From Myxococcota bacterium (GTDB taxonomy: Bacteria > Myxococcota > SpSt-1050): a DNA stretch of 32,380 nucleotides. Every line of letters starts with the position of its first letter. The first letter of the stretch is position 1. A program made the position numbers and the translations under genes. This document shows positions 9,317 to 18,476 of the stretch, one piece after another. Below the pieces are notes generated by a model. That model was given only the letters and a program-made list of their open reading frames with translations, was not told the origin of the DNA and did no database searches. The stretch lies in NCBI GenBank assembly GCA_049969675.1, contig JBMFOP010000029.1:1-32380 (forward strand), given 5' to 3'.

Positions 9317-10564
9317 TCAATCCTTAATTATACAATTTCTGATAATGTCCTGATATGTCTCACGCCTTCTTATGAGATATGACCTCTTACCATCTACCAT
9401 CACCTCCGCAGCTCTCAGGCGTGCATTGTAGTTTGAACTCATTGAGAATCCATATGCACCAGCACTCATCACTGCAAAGAGATCTCCTCTCTTAAAAGAC
9501 GGCAGTTCTCTCTCCTTTGCAAGAAAATCACCTGATTCACAGATAGGTCCCACAAGGTCTCCAAAGATAGTCTTTTTGAGCCTTGACTTCTTTATTGGAA
9601 GTATTTGATGGTATGCCTGATACAGTGCAGGCCTTATCAAATCATTCATTCCGGTATCAGTAATGATGAAATTCCTGTGTCCCTCTTTTATGTAGAGCAC
9701 CTTCCCAACCAGAATTCCAGCATTTCCTATAATGGACCTGCCGGGCTCCAGGATTATCTTCAATTTCTTATTTACAAGCAGGCCCTTCAATTTGTGTGAG
9801 AGTTCGGATGGGAGAGGTGGTGCCTCGTCCTTATATCTGATCCCGAGTCCTCCGCCGAGATCAAGATATTGAATATTTATTCCCCTCTTCTGGAGCTGCT
9901 CTATAAGAGTCAATATATTGGCAAGTGATTGAATAAAAGGCTCTGTATCTGTAATCTGTGAGCCAATATGAGAGTGGATCCCTATTACCTCCACACTCTT
10001 AAGTCTCTTTGCAAGGAGATAGAGTTCAAGTGCATCCTCAATTGGGATACCGAATTTATACTTCTTGAGCCCGGTTGAGATATATGGATGCGTCTTTGCA
10101 TCAACCTCTGGATTTACCCTGAGTCCAATCCTCGCCTTTTTGTGCATCTTATGTGCAATTTTATCTATCTCTATTAGTTCATCCTCCGATTCAATGTTGA
10201 ACATCAGGATGTCGGATCTTAATGCATATCTTATCTCTTCATCTGTCTTACCTACCCCGGTATAGACTATCTTATGTGGATCAATACCAGATTTTAATGC
10301 CAGAAATAATTCACCGCCACTTACTATATCCGCCCCGGCACCAATCTCAGATAATATTTTCAAAATGGTAAGATTGGGATTGGATTTGACAGCAAAGCAG
10401 ATGGTATGTTCTATGTACTTAAATGCCTCCCTATAAGTCTTTAGGTGCCTTTCGATGGTCATACGGCTATAGACATAGAGTGGAGTACCCCACTTCTCTG
10501 CAATATGACCTATTGGAACCTCTTCGGCATAGAGTTCATTATTTCTATATTTGAAAAAGTGCAT
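9317..10564 (-). CDS. lysA: Diaminopimelate decarboxylase
   Basis: TPLYVY, FAVKSN (PLP Lys), HPYISTG, HIGSQ, EPGR, GPICESGD, GAYG, SNYN. Confidence 0.97.
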   Translation of the reverse strand: MHFFKYRNNELYAEEVPIGHIAEKWGTPLYVYSRMTIERHLKTYREAFKYIEHTICFAVKSNPNLTILKILSEIGAGADIVSGGELFLALKSGIDPHKIVYTGVGKTDEEIRYALRSDILMFNIESEDELIEIDKIAHKMHKKARIGLRVNPEVDAKTHPYISTGLKKYKFGIPIEDALELYLLAKRLKSVEVIGIHSHIGSQITDTEPFIQSLANILTLIEQLQKRGINIQYLDLGGGLGIRYKDEAPPLPSELSHKLKGLLVNKKLKIILEPGRSIIGNAGILVGKVLYIKEGHRNFIITDTGMNDLIRPALYQAYHQILPIKKSRLKKTIFGDLVGPICESGDFLAKERELPSFKRGDLFAVMSAGAYGFSMSSNYNARLRAAEVMVDGKRSYLIRRRETYQDIIRNCIIKD

Positions 10565-10585
10565 ATCTCACCTTATGGGGCAGAA

Positions 10586-11065
10586 TTATTTTTCAAGACC
10601 AAACGCCTTATGTAATACCCTTACAGCACGTTTAAGATGCCTGAGCTCAATTATACAGCTTACACTTATCTCAGATGTATTTATCATCATAATGTTTATC
10701 CTGTGTTTTGAGAGTGTATCAAACATCTGGGCAGCAACCCCTGAATGTGTTCGCATACCAACGCCCACTATAGAGACCTTACCTATGTTCTCATTTACAT
10801 TAATATCAATATATCCAACCTCCCCTTTTATCCTCTGCAGAATTTTTAGTGTAGCATCTGTATCACCTCTTGCGATAGTAAATGAGATATCTGCCCTCTT
10901 ATCCCCTTTCACTATATTCTGCCCTATCATATCCACAACAATATTTTGAGATGCTATGGACTTGAATATAAGTGCGGCGGTTCCGGGTTTATTGAGTGCA
11001 CCTTTAATTGTGATCTTGGACTGATTCTTATCGTGTGCTATTGCAGAGACCAGCACCTTCTCCAT
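10586..11065 (-). CDS. Putative nested in-frame aspartate kinase beta subunit (ACT domains)
   Basis: GGAGGA lies 7 nt before the in-frame ATG 11065 (Met247, MEKVLVSAIAHD), as in alpha2beta2-type LysC. Confidence 0.65.
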   Translation of the reverse strand: MEKVLVSAIAHDKNQSKITIKGALNKPGTAALIFKSIASQNIVVDMIGQNIVKGDKRADISFTIARGDTDATLKILQRIKGEVGYIDINVNENIGKVSIVGVGMRTHSGVAAQMFDTLSKHRINIMMINTSEISVSCIIELRHLKRAVRVLHKAFGLEK

Positions 11066-11803
11066 ATCTCTATCCTCCGAGGTTATAAGTGTCCCTTCTT
11101 TATTGTTAAAGCTGGATCTCACCATAAGTGGGATCTTGAATTTTGCAGCCACCTCAACAGATCTCGTATGCAAAACTTTTGCACCGAGTGAGGCGAGCTC
11201 CATCATCTCTTCATAGGTGATCTTCTTTATCTTTCTGGCATTCTTTACAATGCTTGGGTCAGCTGTATATACCCCATCTACATCAGTATATATCTCACAT
11301 AAGTCAGCCTTGAGGGCACAGGCGATGGCTACTGCAGACAGATCACTGCCCCCTCTACCCAATGTAGTTACATCATCAGTCTTTTGTGATACACCCTGAA
11401 ATCCAGCCACCACGACGATATAACCATCTTTTAGTGCCTCTTTTGCCTTCTCCCCTGTGATATTCTGAATCTGTGCCCTCGTATGAACCGAATCTGTATA
11501 GATGCCGAGCTGCCTCCCCGTGAGGGCAATTGCCTTCTTCCCAAAACTCTCAATCGCCATGGCAGTAAGTGATGAGGTAACCCGTTCCCCCGAGGAGAGT
11601 AGCAGATCCATCTCACGCTCTGATGGGCTCTTATTTACCTGACGAGCAAGATTAATCAGTCTATCTGTCTCCCCCGCCATTGCAGAGACCACAACAAGGA
11701 CGGAATTCCCTTTATTTGCGGTCTCAACTACCCTTCTCGCTACATTCTTGATTCTATCTACATTTGCTACAGATGTACCACCGTATTTCTGTACTATAAA
11801 CAT
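10586..11803 (-). CDS. lysC: Aspartate kinase (alpha subunit)
   Basis: MFIVQKYGGTSV, VVVSAM, TTLGRGGSD, DVDGVYTADP, two ACT domains. The start is better placed at ATG 11803 (GGAG upstream) than at 11884. Confidence 0.96.
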   Translation of the reverse strand: MFIVQKYGGTSVANVDRIKNVARRVVETANKGNSVLVVVSAMAGETDRLINLARQVNKSPSEREMDLLLSSGERVTSSLTAMAIESFGKKAIALTGRQLGIYTDSVHTRAQIQNITGEKAKEALKDGYIVVVAGFQGVSQKTDDVTTLGRGGSDLSAVAIACALKADLCEIYTDVDGVYTADPSIVKNARKIKKITYEEMMELASLGAKVLHTRSVEVAAKFKIPLMVRSSFNNKEGTLITSEDRDMEKVLVSAIAHDKNQSKITIKGALNKPGTAALIFKSIASQNIVVDMIGQNIVKGDKRADISFTIARGDTDATLKILQRIKGEVGYIDINVNENIGKVSIVGVGMRTHSGVAAQMFDTLSKHRINIMMINTSEISVSCIIELRHLKRAVRVLHKAFGLEK

Positions 11804-11836
11804 AAAGACTCCGTAGAGTTTGATACAGAGTCTCAA

Positions 11837-11865
11837 TTTATATACAAAGGCTTTAAATTTTGCAA
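11837..11865 (-). promoter_or_regulatory. Putative sigma70 promoter for lysC-lysA-dtd-GT4
   Basis: TTGCAA (11865-11860), 17 nt, TATAAA (11842-11837). The AT-rich context weakens the call. Confidence 0.4.
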
Positions 11866-11970
11866 TTTGTTTTTTATTATACAATCAAACGGAGAAATCA
11901 TTTTAGACAGAGGAGATGTTGATAATATGATGTCTGGAGAGAATTTATTTTGGACAGAGGTGAGATATCT

Positions 11971-13260
11971 CTACTTTCTTAAAAATGGGTCAATTGGTTC
12001 ATTTATATCTCTATTTGTAGGCTCAGATGTATTTATTAAAATTACTGGAACTGTTATAATGAGTGCAACTGAACCGACTATGGTAAGCCAGAACCACCAC
12101 TTCTCATAAATTGGTGTACCAGTTATTTGAGCACTTCTCTCTCTCTTTGGCTGTAACCCTTCATCTGCATTAAGTGCAGAGAGACTCTGAGTAATAATCC
12201 TCTTCCCTCCAATCTCCAGATAGATTGAGGTGATAAATGAATCTATCTCCTTTCTGGATTCAGATAATGGTGCTGTAAGATTTGCTGTGTATGAGTTTAT
12301 CTTTACCTTTCCTATATTGTCATAAAGGATTCCAGTAAGTAATGGCTTCTCCCTGCTCCCTGTAGCATAGACCACAATTATCTGGTCCAGATCAAAGAGC
12401 GAGCCCAGGATCTCGGGATATTCATCAGTATCAATAGCATTTTTTACAGAAGATTGAATCTTATCCATCAGGCTGAAATCATCTGTTGCCTTCAGGGCCC
12501 CAGAGATATCCTTTGATATCTCATCCTGTTTGACCTGAAAGGTGCCAGAAGATGGATAATAACCAGCAGCGAGAATATAGTAGTGGTGACTACCACATAT
12601 AAGACCAGTCCTGTCAAGAGGTGAAAAACCTATCAATTCACCATCCAGAAATATCTGGGAATTCTCTGGCTCTATCTTAAATTTTACGATGCAACGTGAA
12701 GAGGAGAGTACCTCCTTTGAGACCTTCTTATACACATCTATTATCTGTGGCGGGAAGATGGTGGAATCAAGGGTATATTTGGGGTCTATAGTTATTATCT
12801 GTCTGAAGTAGTTGTATGCCAGATCAATCTTTTCTGATAAGACATTTATTGCTCCCATATATGAGAGCGCCTCCAGATAGAGATTCCTCTTGTTTATAAA
12901 GAGGTTCTCCCTTTCAAATAGTTGAATCGCCTTTGAAAAGGATGAGATGGAGTTTTCAAAATCCATATTTTCGTAATGTAATCTCCCCTCAGATACATAT
13001 CTGAGTGCCTTTCTGAAATTTGTAAAGAAGTTCTGTAATCCTTTTTTATCAAAGAGTTTTTCAACTGGAATATATTCAAACCCTTTGTAGTTTGATAGGT
13101 TTTTGTTTGCTGTATTTAGAAAAGTTATCAGGTCATTCTCATTTTTCTCTATCTCTGGAAAGAAGAGGAGTGAGATTGTGGTCTTTATTGCACTTTCCGC
13201 AGAATAGATATTTTGTGAAGAGAAGAGAAGAACTAAGATTACTGTTAAACAGGTTCTCAT
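11971..13260 (-). CDS. Exported TPR-PEGA domain protein with a C-terminal WWFW/TM segment (paralogue 3)
   Basis: Signal peptide from ATG 13260, TPR-like helices, FPPQI, PEGA-like EPENSQIFLDG..G.SP, PIYEKWWFW plus hydrophobic helix. Confidence 0.8.
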   Translation of the reverse strand: MRTCLTVILVLLFSSQNIYSAESAIKTTISLLFFPEIEKNENDLITFLNTANKNLSNYKGFEYIPVEKLFDKKGLQNFFTNFRKALRYVSEGRLHYENMDFENSISSFSKAIQLFERENLFINKRNLYLEALSYMGAINVLSEKIDLAYNYFRQIITIDPKYTLDSTIFPPQIIDVYKKVSKEVLSSSRCIVKFKIEPENSQIFLDGELIGFSPLDRTGLICGSHHYYILAAGYYPSSGTFQVKQDEISKDISGALKATDDFSLMDKIQSSVKNAIDTDEYPEILGSLFDLDQIIVVYATGSREKPLLTGILYDNIGKVKINSYTANLTAPLSESRKEIDSFITSIYLEIGGKRIITQSLSALNADEGLQPKRERSAQITGTPIYEKWWFWLTIVGSVALIITVPVILINTSEPTNRDINEPIDPFLRK

Positions 13261-13272
13261 AGAACAAAGCAC

Positions 13273-14625
13273 CTAAAATTTAAAATTGATTATCCCTTCT
13301 TGATCTGAGCCTTCTTCTGATGGCCAGAGCAGAATTGTCCCCCCGGTAATCAACAGCAATGCCCCTCCAGCCGCCGTATAGAACCACCATTGTTTATAAA
13401 ACTCTTTCTCCTTCTGCTCGTCTCTCTGAACACACTTCCCACTCTTATTACAGATAAAGCCGCTTTTGCAATCAGCGTCAATCTTACATTCTGGAATCTC
13501 TCTCTCAACTGGCTTCAGGGTCTTTGGAGTAATTACAGTTGATACCGGCTGAACCTCCTTTGTCACTGCTTTACCGGAGAGGAATTCAAGTATAAATGGT
13601 GTAATCTCGGATTCGGCATCCTTTATAGGATAGGCAAATCTTTTCTGTGTATTGTATAGTCTGGATTTACTTGCAATGTCAAAGAGATAGGCATCTACAA
13701 CGATCTCCATACCATCTCTTCTGATTATGTTGGCAAATATAGTATCTGCACCGGTGATGGCTGCTAAAGATTTAATACTCTCTCCAATGGGGTCAAGACT
13801 CACATCGGTCTGCAATGTGGCGAGAATCTGTGAATATTCCGCATATCTCTTCGTAGGTATAAGTTGAGCCTGAAACATCTCCTCGTCATTTGCCTTTACA
13901 TCCACCCTACCTCCCTCATTCAGATAGCCATCCTTTATAACGCTTATGAAATGGTTTCCGACTATTACATCCTTTTTTATAACTGGTGAAATGCCTGCAA
14001 ATACACCATCTACAAATACCTCAGCCCCCTGTGGAATCGTCGTTATATTGATAGAACCTCTCTTCATTGTTGAGACCTCTGACTTTAACTTCTCAAAGGC
14101 AGCGACCACATTGGGGGGGAAGAGGTCTTTATTTATTGAGGTCTCTAGATTAAATATCAGTGCCTTCCTGAACATCTCCTTCCCCATCTTCTCCTCACCA
14201 TTTAACATATAGATAGCACCCAGCATCTTGAGAGTCTCCAGATACTCTACACCATTACCAATATAGGCTGGACATTTAAGATAATTCCCGAATGCCTTGC
14301 TCATACTGCCTAATGCGGCATCCAGATCCATATTCTCAAACTGCTTCTTCCCTGTAGCATAATATGTATTTGCCTCTGCGCACAGCTTCTTATTTGGAGT
14401 GATATTCCCGTTTTCAAGCGCCAGTTCTGCTTCAATAAGTTGATATTCCTTTGAATTGAGCAAGACATTTTTGGCGTGGTAATGATAGGTACTCGCTGGC
14501 CTTAAAGAAAAATTATCTGAGGAGGTGGTAATTATGAAAATTCTCTTCTTGAGTTGAGCTGCCCCCTGTGAAAAAGATATCACCGGCAGCAGTAAAATAA
14601 AGATTAAAATCATTGCTCTATTCAT
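13273..14625 (-). CDS. Exported TPR-PEGA domain protein with a small Cys motif and C-terminal WWFY/TM segment (paralogue 2)
   Basis: Signal peptide, FPPNV, GSINITTIPQGAEVFVDG (PEGA), CKIDADCKSGFICNKSGKC, FYKQWWFY plus TM. Confidence 0.85.
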   Translation of the reverse strand: MNRAMILIFILLLPVISFSQGAAQLKKRIFIITTSSDNFSLRPASTYHYHAKNVLLNSKEYQLIEAELALENGNITPNKKLCAEANTYYATGKKQFENMDLDAALGSMSKAFGNYLKCPAYIGNGVEYLETLKMLGAIYMLNGEEKMGKEMFRKALIFNLETSINKDLFPPNVVAAFEKLKSEVSTMKRGSINITTIPQGAEVFVDGVFAGISPVIKKDVIVGNHFISVIKDGYLNEGGRVDVKANDEEMFQAQLIPTKRYAEYSQILATLQTDVSLDPIGESIKSLAAITGADTIFANIIRRDGMEIVVDAYLFDIASKSRLYNTQKRFAYPIKDAESEITPFILEFLSGKAVTKEVQPVSTVITPKTLKPVEREIPECKIDADCKSGFICNKSGKCVQRDEQKEKEFYKQWWFYTAAGGALLLITGGTILLWPSEEGSDQEGIINFKF

Positions 14626-14643
14626 CTTACATCCCTTCCTTCT

Positions 14644-15861
14644 TCAAAAAGATATAATAAGTGCACCGTTATTATTCTCCTTCTCTTCACCTGAAAAGAG
14701 GAGATATCCGGCGGTTGCGGCACCAATAAATGCCACACCCAATATACTATAAAACCACCAGCTGTTGTAAAATTTCTTGTGGCTGATAACACTGATGGGC
14801 TTAAGAGAGGAGATGTCATCTGGCAGTATATATTTACTAAAATCTGTTATTCCATTCCTTATTACCTTTTTTCTTGACTCTTCATTTAATAGAGAGATGG
14901 ATGTCTTTTTATATACGACAGGTCTCTCCTTGTAGTAGGTATAACCATTGAGTGTTATCCTATCTTTGTTCCCGGATATAAAGAGGATTGTCAGTATATC
15001 TGCATTTGAATCCTTTATGTACTTCCTGAGAGGTGCAGGGAGTTCCATTGATATATCTGCCTCTTTCAACATAAGAATCTCTCTATACCGCTCCGAGACC
15101 TCGCTAAAGCCCACCATACTGGTTGTCACCATCTCCATCAGTTCGGGTTGAATTACTACCTTTCTGATATATGGTAGATAACCTCTCTTTCGAATACCGA
15201 CCAGATGTTCTCCGGCTGTAATACCTTCTATCTTAATCGTGCCACTCCCTATGAAGACACCATCAACAAAAATCTGTGTATCCTCCGGTTTGGGAGATAT
15301 CATAAGAGTCCCGTTTTTAAGACTTTTGACATCTGTTCTTGCCTTTTCAAATGTTTCAATAATATCGGGAGGAAAATAATTGGCATCTGGCGTATATTTA
15401 ATGTTATAAACCAGGAGCCTTATAAAAGTCTCCCTTGCAAGCTGATAATCACCTTTGAGTTGATATATATTGCCCATAAACATAAGGGCAAGCTGATAAT
15501 CACCGGACTTTTCAAATGCGGCAGAGCCTTTTTCCAGATTACTGATTATCTTTTGAAAGACGAAGAAACACTGGTCAAGCTTGAACTCCTCATATAACTT
15601 CTTCCCTTCCAGAATCAACTTTTTTGCCTCTTCATTCTGCCTGCCAATCTCATCTTCAAATACAGCCAGCTCCCTGGATGAAATTTCAGCAGGGGTGTAC
15701 ATCCTCTTCTCAATCTGCTTTCTTAAATAATACTCTATCTCCTGTGCGGTGGTTAAGAGCTCTTTATCTTCAGGGATGACAAAATATGCAACTCGTTCAG
15801 CCCCCATCAATAGAGCCGGAAAAATCAAGATAACGGTTGATATTGGGAAGAATATTTTCAT
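14644..15861 (-). CDS. Exported TPR-PEGA domain protein with a C-terminal WWFY/TM segment (paralogue 1)
   Basis: Signal peptide, FPPDI, GTLMISPKPEDTQIFVDG (PEGA), FYNSWWFY plus TM. Confidence 0.85.
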   Translation of the reverse strand: MKIFFPISTVILIFPALLMGAERVAYFVIPEDKELLTTAQEIEYYLRKQIEKRMYTPAEISSRELAVFEDEIGRQNEEAKKLILEGKKLYEEFKLDQCFFVFQKIISNLEKGSAAFEKSGDYQLALMFMGNIYQLKGDYQLARETFIRLLVYNIKYTPDANYFPPDIIETFEKARTDVKSLKNGTLMISPKPEDTQIFVDGVFIGSGTIKIEGITAGEHLVGIRKRGYLPYIRKVVIQPELMEMVTTSMVGFSEVSERYREILMLKEADISMELPAPLRKYIKDSNADILTILFISGNKDRITLNGYTYYKERPVVYKKTSISLLNEESRKKVIRNGITDFSKYILPDDISSLKPISVISHKKFYNSWWFYSILGVAFIGAATAGYLLFSGEEKENNNGALIISF

Positions 15862-15867
15862 AACTTC

Positions 15868-16308
15868 TTAATCTTCACACCTGTGCCTGAAAGGTTCGTA
15901 AATCTTGTAAAATTCTATCCCCTCTTCCTCCAGTTTCTTCCTTTCAGACTTCAATCTACTATTTTCATCCTCTATATTCTTTATGTTTTCATCCCTTACA
16001 TCTTTATCAATCTCCTCATCAGACATATGTTTAAGTTTCTCAAGGTTATTCTCATTCATCTTGAGTCTGGCATCTATCTCACCAATCTTTCTCTGAACAT
16101 CAAGGTACTTCGGTTTTAGTTCGTTATATTTCTTATAAGTCTCTTCATCACACCGGATATGGTCTTCTGTATCGTCTTTGGGTATTGCCTGTTTTACATT
16201 TTTCTCCGCCTCTTTTTTGGATTTACCTCTGGTCTCTGCCCTTAAATCAGAGTGGTAGAATAATGTCAGAAATAAGATTGATAGAATACATAAAAATCCT
16301 TTTCTCAT
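15868..16308 (-). CDS. Hypothetical exported coiled-coil protein
   Basis: Signal peptide, charged heptad-rich helices bracketed by two Cys (IRCD...HRCED), GGAGG SD. Confidence 0.7.
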   Translation of the reverse strand: MRKGFLCILSILFLTLFYHSDLRAETRGKSKKEAEKNVKQAIPKDDTEDHIRCDEETYKKYNELKPKYLDVQRKIGEIDARLKMNENNLEKLKHMSDEEIDKDVRDENIKNIEDENSRLKSERKKLEEEGIEFYKIYEPFRHRCED

Positions 16309-16326
16309 CTTCCCCTCCGAAAGTAG

Positions 16327-17181
16327 TTATTCCTCAAACTCAGTCTCTAATGTCTTCTCTGGCATACCCTCTTTAATCCAGTTCTTCCATCTCTCTATTG
16401 CCTTCTTATTCTTCTCCGGTGTCTCAGAATCCGGGTCAAATCCCATATCTGTCTTCGTGCGATTCTTTAACTGCGTAATGGCGTTGGTATATACCTCTTT
16501 TGAGGGGTCTTCTAATGCCTTTACAAGCACCTGCATAAGCTCTTTGTCCTTGCTATACCCCTGTGCCTTTACATCAAAAATACGACAATATGCCATAATT
16601 GCACGCTTCTTAATATCGGGGTTCTTGCTCTCAAGGGCTGGCTTTACCAACCCCTTAAGACCTTCAATATTATAATCTCCCGACCTCAGATAAATCTCTC
16701 CAAGGGCAATGTATTTTCCAATTTCTGATGAACCGAAAAGTTTTTTGAGCAGTTCGGTCTTTTTCCCCTTGTTCTCAGATCTATCAATCTCCATTAAAAG
16801 GGAGATGGTAGATTTATATCCTTTTAATTCGTTAGGATTAAATGGTAGCTTCCCCTTCTCCTGACCATAGAGGACACCTATATCATCGTGAACTTCACCA
16901 ATAAATAATATTGCCTTCTCTTTTACCTTAAAGAGAGTGTTCTCTCCTTCGTTGAATACATCTCCTCCAAGTCTCTTGATATTTTTTATATTCTTATCAC
17001 CCTTCAGGACCTCCTGAATCTTAATCATTACTCCGCCTTCAATTATCTTTGTTATCTCTGCCACAACGATGGCGTCTGAATTTCTGATGCGGTCTTCAAT
17101 ACCATCAAAGCTACCAGCGTGAATCGATGCCGTCCAAAAAAGGATTAGGATAAATAAGCAGAATAAAACTTTTCCATTCAT
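16327..17181 (-). CDS. Hypothetical exported protein with C-terminal HEAT-like repeats
   Basis: Signal peptide (IHA|G), SDAIVVAEI beta-domain, LVKPALESKNPDIKKRAI and LVKALEDPSKEVYTNAI repeats, W..W tail, GAGGAGG SD. Confidence 0.75.
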   Translation of the reverse strand: MNGKVLFCLFILILFWTASIHAGSFDGIEDRIRNSDAIVVAEITKIIEGGVMIKIQEVLKGDKNIKNIKRLGGDVFNEGENTLFKVKEKAILFIGEVHDDIGVLYGQEKGKLPFNPNELKGYKSTISLLMEIDRSENKGKKTELLKKLFGSSEIGKYIALGEIYLRSGDYNIEGLKGLVKPALESKNPDIKKRAIMAYCRIFDVKAQGYSKDKELMQVLVKALEDPSKEVYTNAITQLKNRTKTDMGFDPDSETPEKNKKAIERWKNWIKEGMPEKTLETEFEE

Positions 17182-17344
17182 ACAAACACCTCCTCAGTAC
17201 CCCTTTATATAGCATAACATAATATAATAGTAAACCCCTATATGAAAAGTTGCATAGTTAATTCATAAATAAATATGTAGAGCTCGCTTTTTTCTGAATG
17301 AGAAGAAATTGCATGAAATAGTAAAATAGTAAACCTACTTGTTC

Positions 17345-17373
17345 TTGACTTTTATTGAGTTTGAATTTAATAT
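17345..17373 (+). promoter_or_regulatory. sigma70-type promoter for tRNA-Leu and the downstream genes
   Basis: TTGACT (17345-17350), 17 nt, TAATAT (17368-17373), 14 nt before the tRNA. Confidence 0.7.
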
Positions 17374-17387
17374 CAGCCCACTTTTAT

Positions 17388-17471
17388 GGGCGAGTGGCGG
17401 AACGGCAGACGCGCCAGACTCAAAATCTGGTGAGGTTTCCCCTTGTGAGGGTTCAAGTCCCTCCTCGCCCA
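17388..17471 (+). tRNA. tRNA-Leu (anticodon CAA), CCA not encoded
   Basis: Acceptor GGGCGAG/CTCGCCC, discriminator A, anticodon arm CCAGA-CTCAAAA-TCTGG, long variable arm, T arm GAGGG-TTCAAGT-CCCTC. Confidence 0.97.
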
Positions 17472-17495
17472 ATCTATTTTTAAGGAGGTACTATT

Positions 17496-18476
17496 ATGAA
17501 GAGAGTTATTATCGTTCTATCACTTCTGACATTTCTTTTTGCCTGCCAGACCGGAGTGGATACTTCAAAGGCTTCAAAGTCCGAGCCGCTCGCAAAGGTG
17601 GGAAATACAAAGATCACTGTTGATGACTTTCAAAACAGGATAAATAGGCAGAACCCATTTTTGCGCGCCAGATATTCTGATAGGGAGAAGTTAAAAGAGT
17701 ATCTAAATAATCTGGTAAGGCAGGAGGTCCTCTTTTTGGAGGCACAGAGACTTGGATTTGACAAAGACCCCGATGTGGTGGACAGGATGAAATCTGATTC
17801 AATCTCCAAGATGATAGCAAAGGAGTTTGACGAAAAGAAGAAACAGGAGCTCGTCTCAGAAGAGGATATCAAGAAATATTATGAGCAGAATCTCTCAGAT
17901 TATAATAAACCAGAGGCGGTATATGTACGAACCCTCTTTGTGAAGGCACCAGAGGGAAGCAAAGAGCGCGCCGCAAAGAAGAAGGAGGCGGAGAAATATC
18001 TGCAGGATATTATTGCACACAAAGATGACGACACCTATTTCTTTAATCTGGTAAAGGCAAAGTCAGATGATGATGAGCTCAAGGCGAGGGGTGGTGAACT
18101 GGCATATCTCTCAAGGGAGGAACTCACAAATAAGTATGGTAAAGAGTTTGCTGATGCAGCATTTTCTCTTGCATCAATCAACGACATTACACAGAAGGTA
18201 GTTGAGACAAAGAACGGATTCTTTATAATAAAGCTCAGGGGTAAGAGGCAGGCGATCAGCAGGACATTAGACGATGTTAGAGAGACCATCAGGATGAAGC
18301 TCTATAGCGAGAAGAGGCAGAAGGCGCTTGAAGACTGGGTGGATTCTCTTAAAAAGAAATATAATGTGACAATCTTAGAGGAGAATTTATCCAAAATTAA
18401 GGTAGAGGCCCCACCAGCAAATGAGACTCCAAAGCCACTGGCACCGGTAAATACAAAGGTTCCCACATCAAGGTAA
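17496..18476 (+). CDS. Parvulin (PpiC)-type peptidyl-prolyl isomerase lipoprotein (PrsA-like)
   Basis: Lipobox LFAC, LAKVG..KITV, GGELAY, FADAAFSL, VETKNGFFIIK, AAGGAGG SD. Confidence 0.9.
   Translation: MKRVIIVLSLLTFLFACQTGVDTSKASKSEPLAKVGNTKITVDDFQNRINRQNPFLRARYSDREKLKEYLNNLVRQEVLFLEAQRLGFDKDPDVVDRMKSDSISKMIAKEFDEKKKQELVSEEDIKKYYEQNLSDYNKPEAVYVRTLFVKAPEGSKERAAKKKEAEKYLQDIIAHKDDDTYFFNLVKAKSDDDELKARGGELAYLSREELTNKYGKEFADAAFSLASINDITQKVVETKNGFFIIKLRGKRQAISRTLDDVRETIRMKLYSEKRQKALEDWVDSLKKKYNVTILEENLSKIKVEAPPANETPKPLAPVNTKVPTSR

Noticed and set aside
11804..11970. Possible lysine riboswitch upstream of lysC
   Set aside because: The region is short and AT-rich with no visible multi-stem L-box structure
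17388..17495. tRNA-Leu as an island integration site
   Set aside because: No integrase and no duplicated tRNA 3' end were seen, and housekeeping genes follow directly
17339..17623. 94-aa plus-strand ORF
   Set aside because: It runs through the tRNA-Leu and overlaps the PPIase gene out of frame, so it is spurious
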